Shown piece by piece: positions 1-9,042 of a stretch of DNA of 64,000 nt. This DNA comes from Candidatus Eiseniibacteriota bacterium (GTDB lineage: Bacteria > Eisenbacteria > RBG-16-71-46 > SZUA-252): assembly GCA_031370645.1 (NCBI GenBank), contig JANMQV010000006.1:1-64000 (forward strand). The letters are read 5' to 3'. The translations under genes and the position numbers were made by a program. Each line of letters opens with the position of its first letter. Position 1 is the first letter of the stretch. The notes beneath the pieces were generated by a model, which was not told the origin of the DNA, did no database searches, and saw only the letters and a list, made by a program, of their open reading frames with translations.

Positions 1-331
1 CAGCCGACGTTCCGATGATGCCCGAAGCCGCCGGAGCGACCCACGTCCACGCATCACGGGCGCCCGAGAACGGGTTCACCGGGTAAACGCCGCCCGGCAT
101 GTTCGCGAGCACGAGCGCGTTGTCCGCCGCGATCGGGTAGGTGCCGCTGTTCTTCACCGCGTGGTCTTCGATCGCGAGCTGGAAGCTGTGCATATTGGCC
201 TTCGTGCTGCCCTCACGCGCGCGGTCCTGCATGGCGATGAAGTTCGGAATCGCAATCGCCGCGAGAATGCCGATGATCACGACCACGATCATGAGCTCGA
301 TGAGGGTGAAGCCTTTACTGTTCTTGAGCAT
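1..331 (-). CDS. pilA: Type IVa pilin, 3' end runs off the window
   Basis: Not in the ORF track. ATG at 331 with GGAGGAAG RBS. Translates MLKNSKG|FTLIELMIVVVIIGILAAIAIPNF, a class III signal with G-1, F+1, E+5. Frame is open to base 1. Confidence 0.9.
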   Translation of the reverse strand, partial: MLKNSKGFTLIELMIVVVIIGILAAIAIPNFIAMQDRAREGSTKANMHSFQLAIEDHAVKNSGTYPIAADNALVLANMPGGVYPVNPFSGARDAWTWVAPAASGIIGTSA

Positions 332-398
332 CTTGCCTTCCTCCGGTTTGGGTTACGAGACGATCTGCGCGTTTCTACCTCTCTCTAATTCATCGTGA

Positions 399-845
399 TT
401 AGCCGTTGCTCAGCACGAGCGGGATGAGCGCGCTCTTGCCGAATCCTCGAATCGTGTATCCGACCGTGGTGACCGGATTGACGCCCATGATCCCGCTGGC
501 GGCCGGATTGACGCCCCACGTCGGAGCCGAAACCGCGGCGGTGAACGGGTTCCGGGGCCACGTGCCGCTCGGCAAGTTCGCCTGAACCGTCGCCGCGTCG
601 GCTCCCACCGGGTACTGCCCGGTGTTTCGAACCGAGAAGTCTTCGATCGCCAGTTGGAACGTGTGCATGTTCTCCGCCAGATCCGATTCCTTCGCACGAT
701 CGAGCATGGAAACGAAGTTCGGCATCGCGATCGCCGCGAGAATCCCGATGATCACGACCACGACCATCAACTCGATGAGTGTGAAGCCCTGCTCTCGGGT
801 CCGCACGGTCGCTGTTCCCCTCCGTTCGATGCCTTCCCCATCCAT
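399..845 (-). CDS. pilA: Type IVa pilin (paralog of the downstream pilin)
   Basis: ...REQG|FTLIELMVVVVIIGILAAIAMPNF prepilin motif. ATG at 845 has a GGAGAGG RBS 8 nt upstream; the track's GTG at 866 lies too close to the predicted sigma-54 start site. Confidence 0.9.
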   Translation of the reverse strand: MDGEGIERRGTATVRTREQGFTLIELMVVVVIIGILAAIAMPNFVSMLDRAKESDLAENMHTFQLAIEDFSVRNTGQYPVGADAATVQANLPSGTWPRNPFTAAVSAPTWGVNPAASGIMGVNPVTTVGYTIRGFGKSALIPLVLSNG

Positions 846-886
846 GATTACCGCCTCTCCCTTCACTGCCTTCGCTCTGAGAAGAA

Positions 887-903
887 AGCAACGCGTGTGC
901 CAA
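887..903 (-). promoter_or_regulatory. Sigma-54 (-24/-12) promoter of the pilin genes
   Basis: Minus strand reads TTGGCAC-ACGCG-TTGCT, matching TGGCAC-N5-TTGCW. It lies just upstream of the pilins and downstream of a sigma-54 activator gene. Confidence 0.9.
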
Positions 904-1048
904 TACCGTCGACGGCGCGCGGAACTCCCCCAATTGCATGGGCGCTCGTGGGTTCCCTCTGGGCCCTCGGCGCGTCATTCGCCGCGCGAACTGCGTTTCA
1001 AGGGGTCATCGTCGCAGGAAGCAAGTCGGCCGCCTCGGATCGCGCAAC

Positions 1049-1084
1049 TTGCAATACGCGACGGTGAGGCGGCCAAAATGCAAC
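1049..1084. promoter_or_regulatory. Candidate tandem enhancer sites for PilR
   Basis: TTGCAATACGCGAC (1049-1062) and GGCCAAAATGCAAC (1071-1084) are imperfect dyads 22 bp apart, about 150-180 bp upstream of the sigma-54 promoter. Confidence 0.4.
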
Positions 1085-1106
1085 CAAGCGCCCAGTTCGT
1101 GGCTGG

Positions 1107-2495
1107 CTACTCGTCCACGAGCGCCTCCGCTCCGGTCGCCTCGTGGAGCAAGCCGTAGGCGAGGAGCTTCCGATAAAGCGTCGAGGGATTGATCCCGAGG
1201 ATCTCCGAGGCGCGCTTCTTCTGCCCGCTCGTGTGGTGCAGAACCTTCAGGATGTACTCCCGCTCCAACTCGTCGAGCGTCATGCTCGGCGTGTCGATCA
1301 CGAGGCTCCCGCGGCCCCGGCCGCCCTGCAGCACCTTCTCCGGAAGGTCTTCGGGCGTCAGCACGCCGTCGTCGCTCAGGATGACCGCCCGCTCGATGAC
1401 GTTCTCCAACTCCCGCACGTTTCCGGGCCAGTCGTAGGCGATGAGCGCATCTCGCCCTTCCTTGCTGAGGGTCTTCTGCGCCTTGCCGGCCGTGAGCCGG
1501 ATCAGGAAGTGCTCCACGAGTTCGGGAATGTCGTCCTTTCGCTCGCGAAGCGACGGCAACCGAATCTGAATGACGTTGAGCCGGTAATAGAGGTCGGCCC
1601 GGAACCGGTTCTCCGCCACGCCCCGCTCGAGATCGGCGTTGGTGGCGGCGATGAGACGGACGTCGATCTTCCGAGGCTTCGTTCCGCCGACAGGGATGAT
1701 TTCGCGCTCCTGAAGCGCGCGCAGGAGCTTTACCTGAGTCGCCGGAAGCGTTTCTCCGACTTCATCCAGGAAGAAGGAGCCACCGCCCGCGACCGCCAGA
1801 AGACCTTCCTGGTCCCGCACGGCGCCGGTGAACGAACCCTTCACGTGTCCGAAGAGATTCGATTCCAGGAGATCCTTGGGAAGCGCGCCGCAGTTGATCG
1901 ACACGAACGGCCCGTCGGCGCGGCCGCTGAGATAGTGAAGCCGCTTCGCGATCAGCTCCTTGCCGGTGCCGCTCTCGCCGACGATGAGAATCGTCGAATC
2001 GGAGTCGGCCACCTTCTCCACCAGCTTCAGCACGCGCTGGAACTGCTCGCTATGCCCGATGATTTCCTTCGTGTCGTCGGTCTTCTTCAGCTGGCGCTTG
2101 AGAAGGACGTTTTCCGAGGTAACCTTCCGCATCGCGAGGGCGTTTTTGATGACGAGGCGAACCTCGTCGTTCTTCGCGCTCTTCTCGAGATACTGGTAAG
2201 CGCCCCGATTCAACGCTTCGATCGCGGTCTTCTGCGACGCGAACGCCGTCCGGATGACGACCGGCGTGGTCGGGTCGATCTTCTTGATCCCGGCGAGCAC
2301 GCCGAGCCCATCGATCTCCCCCGGCATCTTGATGTCGGTCACCACGATGTCGTAATTCTCTTCTTCCGCCTTGGCCAAGGCTTCCCTGCCGGACCGTGCG
2401 ACGGTGACCTCGTACCCCTCCTTCGCGAGAAGAATGGAGAGGAACTGCAGCATGCTGTCTTCATCGTCGACGATCAGGATCTTTTCGCCCGCCAC
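1107..2495 (-). CDS. pilR: Sigma-54-dependent response regulator (NtrC family, PilR-like)
   Basis: REC domain (ILIVDDE...TDIKMP), AAA+ with GESGTGKE and GSFTGA (GAFTGA loop), WPGNVRELEN, Fis-type HTH; sits in the pil locus. Confidence 0.9.
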   Translation of the reverse strand: MAGEKILIVDDEDSMLQFLSILLAKEGYEVTVARSGREALAKAEEENYDIVVTDIKMPGEIDGLGVLAGIKKIDPTTPVVIRTAFASQKTAIEALNRGAYQYLEKSAKNDEVRLVIKNALAMRKVTSENVLLKRQLKKTDDTKEIIGHSEQFQRVLKLVEKVADSDSTILIVGESGTGKELIAKRLHYLSGRADGPFVSINCGALPKDLLESNLFGHVKGSFTGAVRDQEGLLAVAGGGSFFLDEVGETLPATQVKLLRALQEREIIPVGGTKPRKIDVRLIAATNADLERGVAENRFRADLYYRLNVIQIRLPSLRERKDDIPELVEHFLIRLTAGKAQKTLSKEGRDALIAYDWPGNVRELENVIERAVILSDDGVLTPEDLPEKVLQGGRGRGSLVIDTPSMTLDELEREYILKVLHHTSGQKKRASEILGINPSTLYRKLLAYGLLHEATGAEALVDE

Positions 2496-2528
2496 AGAAT
2501 CACCCTCGCTTTGCTGGGGAAAACCCCA

Positions 2529-4226
2529 TCACGCTGCCTGGGCCATCACGCTTGCCGGAGTGGTCGTTCGGGGCAACCAGACCCGAAACGCCGTCCCCTC
2601 GCCAACGCGGCTGTCGATGTCCAATGTTCCGCCGTGGCGCTCGACGATCCGACTGACGATCGCGAGCCCCAGGCCCGTACCCCCGTTCTTCGTCGAGAAG
2701 AACGGTTCCGTGACGCGCTCGAGCTCTTCGGCCGGGATTCCGACACCGGTGTCCCGGACCTCGAACCCGACGCGTCCGCCGCCTCCTGCGGCGCGTTCCG
2801 CGATCGGGCTCACGGTCACTTCCCCCGTGCCCTCGATCGCTTCCAGTCCGTTGATCAGCAAGTTCAGCAGAACCTGCTTCATCTGTTCGTAATCGGCGCG
2901 TGTCCAGAGCGCTTCTTCGCTCGCCGTGAGCGAGACCTTCTTCCCGGGCTCGGCACTCGGGTGGCGCCTCGCCACGTCCGACACGTCCCGGAGAAGGCCG
3001 CCGATTTCCACCGTCTCTACCTGCAGCGGACGTTCCCGCGCGTAGTCGAGCAACTCGAGGATGAAGGAGTCGAGCCGCTCCGACTCCCGCACGATCAACT
3101 CGAGAAGCCGGGCGTTCTCGCCCGTCACCTTCAGGTCCCGCTGAAGAACCTCGACCGATCCCGCGATCGGATTCAGGCAGTTCCGAATCTCGTGCGCGAT
3201 GCCGGCCGAGAGCTCCCCGATCGCCGCCAGGGTCTCGCCGTGACGAATTCGCGCTTCCAGGTGCTTCACCTCGGAGAGGTCCTGGAAGACCGCGATCACG
3301 CCCCGCCGCTCGCCGTAGCCGTCGCGCAGCAGGCTGGTCGACAAGCCGAGCGGAACCGTGCTTCCGTCTCTCCGACTCAGAAGGGCCTCGTGGCGATTGA
3401 CCGCCGCGCCCGACTCGAGCGTCTCGTGCAGTCGCTCGGCGAAGGACTCGAGGCCCGGCCCGAAGGCCTCACGGTAGTGCCGTCCTCGGACGGCATCCGC
3501 CGGGAGTCCCGCGATCTCGGTGGCCGAACGGTTCCAGTGCCGAACGATCCCGAGCGCGTCCACCGTCACGAGCCCGCTCGACATGTTCTCGAGAATCGAT
3601 TCCGTGTCGAATTGCGCTCGGTCGAGTTCCGCGCGAGCTTCGTGAAGCGCCCGCTCCCCATCGCGGATCCGTCGCCCGATCGCCCCGCCGATCACCCCCA
3701 CCAGGAAGAGAAGCGGGATGTAGAGCGCGACGCGGAGCCGAAGCGCCCCGTCGCTCAGCCGTTCGGTGATCCCCGACACCGCCGGCGCCAGGAGCCCGCC
3801 TCGATCGGCCGCGTAGACCACCGTGTAGGCGATCGCCGAGACGAGCGCGAAGACCAAACCGCCGCGGAGGTTCAGGAACACACCGCCCAGAAGCGGCCCC
3901 AACAGAAACAGCGGCGCGAACGGACTCGACGCTCCCCCGGTGAAGAGGAGGAGATACGAGATCACCGCGACGTCGACCAGGAACTGCGTCGCGAGGAGCG
4001 GCTCCACTTCCGCCCCCCCGCGCGCGGCCCGGTAATACGCCACCGCGAGCCCCGCCGACAGCGCCACCAGGAACGCGAAGGGACCATGCTGCGCCAGCCC
4101 CGTGTACCCGTCCGAGAACGCGGTCGCCATCGTGGCGACCAAGGTGATCAGGGCGATCCGCCCCACGATCACCGCCCGTACCGCCGCGCGAAGGTCCTGG
4201 TCGCTGCCCGGTCGCGTCGCGCGCAT
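2529..4226 (-). CDS. pilS: Membrane sensor histidine kinase with PAS domain (PilS-like)
   Basis: About six N-terminal TM helices, PAS, H-box IAHEIRNCL, N-box QVLLNLLING, DTGVG, PFFSTK, GTGLGL; directly upstream of pilR. Confidence 0.88.
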   Translation of the reverse strand: MRATRPGSDQDLRAAVRAVIVGRIALITLVATMATAFSDGYTGLAQHGPFAFLVALSAGLAVAYYRAARGGAEVEPLLATQFLVDVAVISYLLLFTGGASSPFAPLFLLGPLLGGVFLNLRGGLVFALVSAIAYTVVYAADRGGLLAPAVSGITERLSDGALRLRVALYIPLLFLVGVIGGAIGRRIRDGERALHEARAELDRAQFDTESILENMSSGLVTVDALGIVRHWNRSATEIAGLPADAVRGRHYREAFGPGLESFAERLHETLESGAAVNRHEALLSRRDGSTVPLGLSTSLLRDGYGERRGVIAVFQDLSEVKHLEARIRHGETLAAIGELSAGIAHEIRNCLNPIAGSVEVLQRDLKVTGENARLLELIVRESERLDSFILELLDYARERPLQVETVEIGGLLRDVSDVARRHPSAEPGKKVSLTASEEALWTRADYEQMKQVLLNLLINGLEAIEGTGEVTVSPIAERAAGGGGRVGFEVRDTGVGIPAEELERVTEPFFSTKNGGTGLGLAIVSRIVERHGGTLDIDSRVGEGTAFRVWLPRTTTPASVMAQAA

Positions 4227-4246
4227 CGGGGTGTTCCCTCCTTGGA

Positions 4247-5470
4247 TCAGTGCCCGCCCGCCACCACGTTGATCAACTTGAACATCGGCAGATACATGGC
4301 GACGACCATGCCGCCCACGATGCCGCCCATGAAGACGATCATGATCGGCTCGATGAGCGACGTGAGCGCATCGACGGCCGTGTCCACTTCGCTGTCGTAG
4401 AAGTCCGCGATGCGCGTCAGCATGTCGTCCAGGGCGCCGGTCTCTTCACCGACCGAGATCATCTGCACGACCATCGGTGGGAACACCTTCGACTCTTTCA
4501 GCGGTGCCGAGATCGTCTCGCCCTCTCGGATGCTGGCGCGAGCGGCCATGATCGCCTGCTGAATGACTCGGTTGCCCGACGTGCGGGCCGTAATTTCAAG
4601 GCCGGTCAAGATCGGCACGCCCGAGGAGATAAGCGTTCCCAGCGTTCGCGTGAAGCGAGCGACGGCGCCCTTTCGGAGCACGTCGCCGAGCACCGGAATC
4701 TTGAGCAGGAGCCGGTCGATTTCGAGATGGCCCCGTTCGGTCGTGTAGTACTTCTGGATTCCGAAGGCCGTTCCGCCAATGGCGAGCAGGAGCACCCACC
4801 AGAAGGAACGGAGGAACGACGAGAGCCCCATGACGATCTTCGTCGGGAGCGGAAGTTCCGCGCCGAATCCGGTGAACATGCGCGCGAACGTCGGAATGAT
4901 GAAAATGAGCATGAAGGAGGTCGCAAGGAGCGCGACCGTCATGACGACGCCCGGGTAGACCATGGCGCCTTGGACCTTCCGCTTCAGCGCCTCGGCCTTC
5001 TCGATGAAGGTGGCCAAGCGCATGAGAATGTCGTCGAGAATACCGCCCGCCTCGCCGGCTTCGACCATGTTCACGAAGAGTTCGTCGAAGACCTTCTGGT
5101 TTTCCTTCTTTCCGAGCGACTCGGCCAGCGTGTTACCCGCTTCCACTTCGCGCATGACGCCGCCGATGATCTGGCGAAACGGCTCTTTCTCCGTCTGCTT
5201 GGAGAGGATGTCGAGGCATTGGACGAGCGGAAGGCCGGCGTTGATCATCGTCGCGAACTGGCGCGTGAAAATGGCCAGGTCGCGCGTGGTCACGCCGGGG
5301 CCCATGCCCGGAATCTGCATCTTGAAGCCCTTCGGCTTCTCGCGAACCGACGTGATGATGATCCGCTTCTTGCGGAGCGCGGTCAGCGCCTCGTCCTGAG
5401 AATTCGATTCCATCTCTCCGGTCTGGATTTCTCCGGCGATGGTGCGTCCTTTCCAGACGTAAACCGGCAC
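4247..5470 (-). CDS. pilC: Type IV pilus platform protein PilC (T2SSF family)
   Basis: FTRQFATMINAGLPLVQCL, AGEAGGILD, VGEETGALDDML, MYLPMF. Confidence 0.95.
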   Translation of the reverse strand: MPVYVWKGRTIAGEIQTGEMESNSQDEALTALRKKRIIITSVREKPKGFKMQIPGMGPGVTTRDLAIFTRQFATMINAGLPLVQCLDILSKQTEKEPFRQIIGGVMREVEAGNTLAESLGKKENQKVFDELFVNMVEAGEAGGILDDILMRLATFIEKAEALKRKVQGAMVYPGVVMTVALLATSFMLIFIIPTFARMFTGFGAELPLPTKIVMGLSSFLRSFWWVLLLAIGGTAFGIQKYYTTERGHLEIDRLLLKIPVLGDVLRKGAVARFTRTLGTLISSGVPILTGLEITARTSGNRVIQQAIMAARASIREGETISAPLKESKVFPPMVVQMISVGEETGALDDMLTRIADFYDSEVDTAVDALTSLIEPIMIVFMGGIVGGMVVAMYLPMFKLINVVAGGH

Positions 5471-5494
5471 GACGTTCCCCCTCGGTTCCGCCGC

Positions 5495-6577
5495 CTACAA
5501 CTGGGCGGCCTGGATGCCGACTTTCTCCAACATCTGCTCGAGTTCCTTCGACTCGGGGCTGCGCCCCAGGGCCTCCTCGAGCGAGATGTGCTTGTTGACG
5601 TACGCTTGGAAGAGCGCCTGGTTCATCGTCTGCATGCCGTGCTTCGTTCCGGCCTGCATGAGACTGTAGATCTGGTGGATCTTCCGCTCGCGAATGACGG
5701 CGCGCACCGCGGGCGTGCAGACCAGGATCTCCGTGACCATGACGCGGCCCGGTCCCTTGGCCCGCGGAATCAGCTGCTGCGTCAGAACGCCCTCCAGCAC
5801 GAAGGCGAGCTGGGAGAGAATCTGCTGCTGCTGCCCCGCCGGGAACGCGTCCACGATGCGGTTGATCGACTCGTACGCGGAGTTCGTGTGAAGCGTCGCG
5901 AGGACCAAGTGACCGGTTTCCGCGATCGTCAGAGCCGCTGAGATGGTCTCGAGGTCTCGCATTTCCCCGACCAGAATCACATCCGGGTCCTGCCGCAGCA
6001 CGTACTTGAGCGCGCTCGTGAACGAGTTCGTGTCGGAGTTGATTTCGCGCTGATGCACGATGCACTTCTTATGGTGGTGCACGTACTCGATCGGGTCCTC
6101 CACCGTGATGATGTGGCCGGCCCGGGTGTTGTTGATGAGGTCGATCATGGCGGCGAGCGTCGTCGACTTGCCGCTCCCGGTCGGGCCCGTCACGAGGAGG
6201 AGGCCCTTCTGCTTCTGCGTGAAATCGCGCAACACCTTCGGCAGCCCCAGCTGCTCGAAGGTGAAGATCTCGTACGGGATCTGCCGGATGGCGACCGACG
6301 TCACGCCGCGCTGCAGGAAGACGTTGGCACGGAAGCGGGAAAGGCCGGGCACGCCGAAGGAAAGGTCGAGTTCCTTCGTCGTCTCGAAGCGCTTCCGCTG
6401 CTCTTCGTTCAGGACGCTATAGGCCAGTTGCTGCGTCATCTGCGGCGTCAGCGGCGGATGGGCCATCGGCATGATGGCGCCGTCGACCCGGACTTGCGGT
6501 GGAACTCCCGCGGACAAATGGAGATCCGACGCTCGCAGCTTGATCATCTCGTCCAGCAATTGGCGCAGCGAAACCAT
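5495..6577 (-). CDS. pilT: Type IV pilus retraction ATPase PilT
   Basis: ASDLHL, GPTGSGKSTT, EDPIEY, LRQDPDVILVGEMRD, AETGHLV, AVRAVIRE (AIRNLIRE-like), GMQTM. Confidence 0.95.
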   Translation of the reverse strand: MVSLRQLLDEMIKLRASDLHLSAGVPPQVRVDGAIMPMAHPPLTPQMTQQLAYSVLNEEQRKRFETTKELDLSFGVPGLSRFRANVFLQRGVTSVAIRQIPYEIFTFEQLGLPKVLRDFTQKQKGLLLVTGPTGSGKSTTLAAMIDLINNTRAGHIITVEDPIEYVHHHKKCIVHQREINSDTNSFTSALKYVLRQDPDVILVGEMRDLETISAALTIAETGHLVLATLHTNSAYESINRIVDAFPAGQQQQILSQLAFVLEGVLTQQLIPRAKGPGRVMVTEILVCTPAVRAVIRERKIHQIYSLMQAGTKHGMQTMNQALFQAYVNKHISLEEALGRSPESKELEQMLEKVGIQAAQL

Positions 6578-6594
6578 GATCCCTCCCGAGCCGA

Positions 6595-8292
6595 CTACCG
6601 GTCGGCGGCCGTCTCCTTCAGGACTTCTTCGGCGGACGTGATGCCGTTCTTGAGCTTGGTGAGGCCGTCCGCCCGCAACGTGAGCATTCCTTCCTCCACC
6701 GCCTGCTTCTTGATGGAGCTCACCGAGGAGCGGTCGAGCACGAGATCCCGGATCTTGGCGCTCATCGGCATGACCTCATAGACGCCGCAGCGCCCCTTGT
6801 AACCCGTGTTGTTGCAGTCGACACACCCCTTCCCCTCCTTGAACGTCGCTCCCTTCGCCTCCTCGTCCGAGATCCCCAGTTCGCGGAGCACTTCGGGGTG
6901 GAGCCGGATGTCGGACTTGCACGAGACGCAGACCTTGCGGAGAAGTCGCTGAGCCATGATCAGGTTCGTGGAAGAAGCCACCAGGAACGGCTCGATCCCC
7001 ATGTCGACCATGCGGTTGATCGTGCTGGGGGCGTCGTTCGTGTGCAGCGTGGAGAGCACGAGATGTCCCGTGAGCGCCGCCTTGACGGCGATCGACCCGG
7101 TGTCGATGTCTCGAATTTCACCGACCATGATGATGTTGGGGTCCTGGCGCAGGAACGCGCGCAGGGACGCGGCGAACGTGAGACCGACGTCGTCGTTCAC
7201 GAGCACCTGGTTGATCCCGTCGAGGTTGTATTCGACCGGGTCTTCCGCGGTCATGATGTTCACTTCAGGGGTGTTGATCTTCGAAAGCGCCGAGTAGAGC
7301 GTGGTGGTCTTGCCGCTTCCGGTCGGACCGGTCACGAGCACCATGCCGTACGGCTGCGCGATGGCGCGGCTGAAGTCGTTCAACGCCCGCTCTTGGAAGC
7401 CGAGCTTCGTCAGGTCGATGTTCAGGTTGCCCTTGTCCAAGATACGCATGACGACCTTCTCGCCGAAGATCGTCGGGAGGCTCGAAACGCGGAGATCGAT
7501 CGTTCGGCCGACGATTCGGAGCTTGATGCGGCCGTCCTGCGGCACGCGGCGCTCGGCGATGTCGAGTTCGGCCATGATCTTCAAGCGCGAGATGATGGCC
7601 GGCTTCATCCGAAAGGGAGGCGACATCATTTCGTAGAGCGTGCCGTCGATTCGGAAGCGGACGCGGAGCGCCTTCTCGTAGGGCTCGATGTGAATGTCGC
7701 TCGCTCCCTTTCGGACGGCGTCCGAGATGAGCGAGTTCACGAGCTTCACGACCGGCGCTTGATCGGCTTCTCCGATGAGCGCGGCATCCGGCGTGTCGTC
7801 GGCCTGCTCTTCGACGATCTCGATATCGTCTTCCATCCCCTTCATGACGTTTTCGAAGGAGGCGGCGTGATCGTAGGCCTTGTCGATCGCCTTCTTGATG
7901 GACGCCTCGGAGGCGACCATCGGCTGCACCTCGCAGCCGGTGATGAACTTGATGTCGTCGATGGCGAAGATGTTGGCCGGGTTCGCCATCGCCACCTGCA
8001 ACTTCCGCCCCGACTTCGCGACCGGGACGACCTGGAACTTGTTCGCCACGTCGGACGGCAGGAGCTTCACGACGGACGGATCGGGGATGAAATTCGAGAG
8101 GTCGATCGACGGCACGCCGTAGAGCTCGCCGAGGAACTTCGTCAGATCGGCCTCGGTCACAGCTCCGACCTTGATGAGCGCGGCGGTGATATTCCCGCCC
8201 CCGGTCTTGACCTGCAGCTGAGCCTTCTGGAGCGACTCGGGCGTGATGAGGCGCGCCTCGAGAAGCTTGAGACCGATGTTGTCCTGCTGCAC
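6595..8292 (-). CDS. pilB: Type IV pilus assembly ATPase PilB
   Basis: ASDIHIEP, DIAERRVPQDGR, GPTGSGKTTT, LRQDPNIIMVGEIRD, Zn motif CVSC...CVDC. Start placed at GTG 8292 (GGGGGA RBS, 6 nt spacer); track start is 8367. Confidence 0.93.
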   Translation of the reverse strand: MQQDNIGLKLLEARLITPESLQKAQLQVKTGGGNITAALIKVGAVTEADLTKFLGELYGVPSIDLSNFIPDPSVVKLLPSDVANKFQVVPVAKSGRKLQVAMANPANIFAIDDIKFITGCEVQPMVASEASIKKAIDKAYDHAASFENVMKGMEDDIEIVEEQADDTPDAALIGEADQAPVVKLVNSLISDAVRKGASDIHIEPYEKALRVRFRIDGTLYEMMSPPFRMKPAIISRLKIMAELDIAERRVPQDGRIKLRIVGRTIDLRVSSLPTIFGEKVVMRILDKGNLNIDLTKLGFQERALNDFSRAIAQPYGMVLVTGPTGSGKTTTLYSALSKINTPEVNIMTAEDPVEYNLDGINQVLVNDDVGLTFAASLRAFLRQDPNIIMVGEIRDIDTGSIAVKAALTGHLVLSTLHTNDAPSTINRMVDMGIEPFLVASSTNLIMAQRLLRKVCVSCKSDIRLHPEVLRELGISDEEAKGATFKEGKGCVDCNNTGYKGRCGVYEVMPMSAKIRDLVLDRSSVSSIKKQAVEEGMLTLRADGLTKLKNGITSAEEVLKETAADR

Positions 8293-8520
8293 GATCCGTC
8301 CCCCGAGCATTTCGATGGCATGAAAGGTGGGACCCGCACCAGAAGGCGCGAGTGTGGCGGGACGCATTTCCGCAAGTCCGATGCCATTCGCCGCATCGCG
8401 CGGGGGATACCTGACGGGAAAGGCTAGGTGACGGCGGGCGTGTCGCTTAGCGGCTGGCTCGATCGAGCCGGAGGGGTTCCACGACGTGCAGGCGGCACGC
8501 CATCGTGCAATCCGCGCTGG

Positions 8521-9012
8521 TCAGTTTGCGAACGGCGACGCCGAATCGGCCGGTGCCGAACGGAGAAAGGGGCGGAGTCGTTCGAGCGTTCGAGGCCCGA
8601 TTCCGCGAACGCGGAGGAGCCCTTCCGGAGTTCCGAACGCCCCGCGCGCCGCCCGATCGGAAACGATGCGGGCGGCGAGCGCCGGGCCGATGCCCGGCAG
8701 GCGCTCCCAATCGCTCGCCGACGCGCGGTCGGGGTCGATCCTGCCGAGCGCGAGAGAGCTCATCTTGGCCCGAGAGCGATTCCCCGGGAGCCCGCGGGTG
8801 GCGGGCGGCGGAGCCGCTGAATCGGGGTCGATCCCCGCGAGCCCGGTGGCTTCGCGGCCCTCCTCTTCGCGAAGAGCGTCCGATTCCTCGAGGGTTCTCA
8901 GGCGCTCCACGAAGGTCGGGCCGTCCGGGCCGCTTAGGGATCGGTAGGCGGCGCCGACGAGGAGCGAGATCAGTACGAAGAGTAGCGTGGCACGAAACTG
9001 ACGCCCACCCAT
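8521..9012 (-). CDS. comEA: ComEA-like helix-hairpin-helix DNA-binding protein
   Basis: N-terminal TM anchor; C-terminal LPGIGPALAARIV...GAFGTPEGLLRVRGIGPRTLERLR tandem HhH. Confidence 0.85.
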   Translation of the reverse strand: MGGRQFRATLLFVLISLLVGAAYRSLSGPDGPTFVERLRTLEESDALREEEGREATGLAGIDPDSAAPPPATRGLPGNRSRAKMSSLALGRIDPDRASASDWERLPGIGPALAARIVSDRAARGAFGTPEGLLRVRGIGPRTLERLRPFLRSAPADSASPFAN

Positions 9013-9042
9013 GGCGATTTCCTCACCGGCCCCGAGGCCATG

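Noticed and set aside
1143-4400. 1085-aa plus-strand ORF and similar long antisense ORFs (12645-16265, 45897-48854, 36697-38553, 40097-42130)
   Set aside because: Shadow frames opposite well-supported genes; stop codons are scarce at high GC and the products have no motifs.
8988-9003. TGGCACGAAACTGACG sigma-54-like sequence
   Set aside because: Lacks the -12 GC and lies antisense within comEA.
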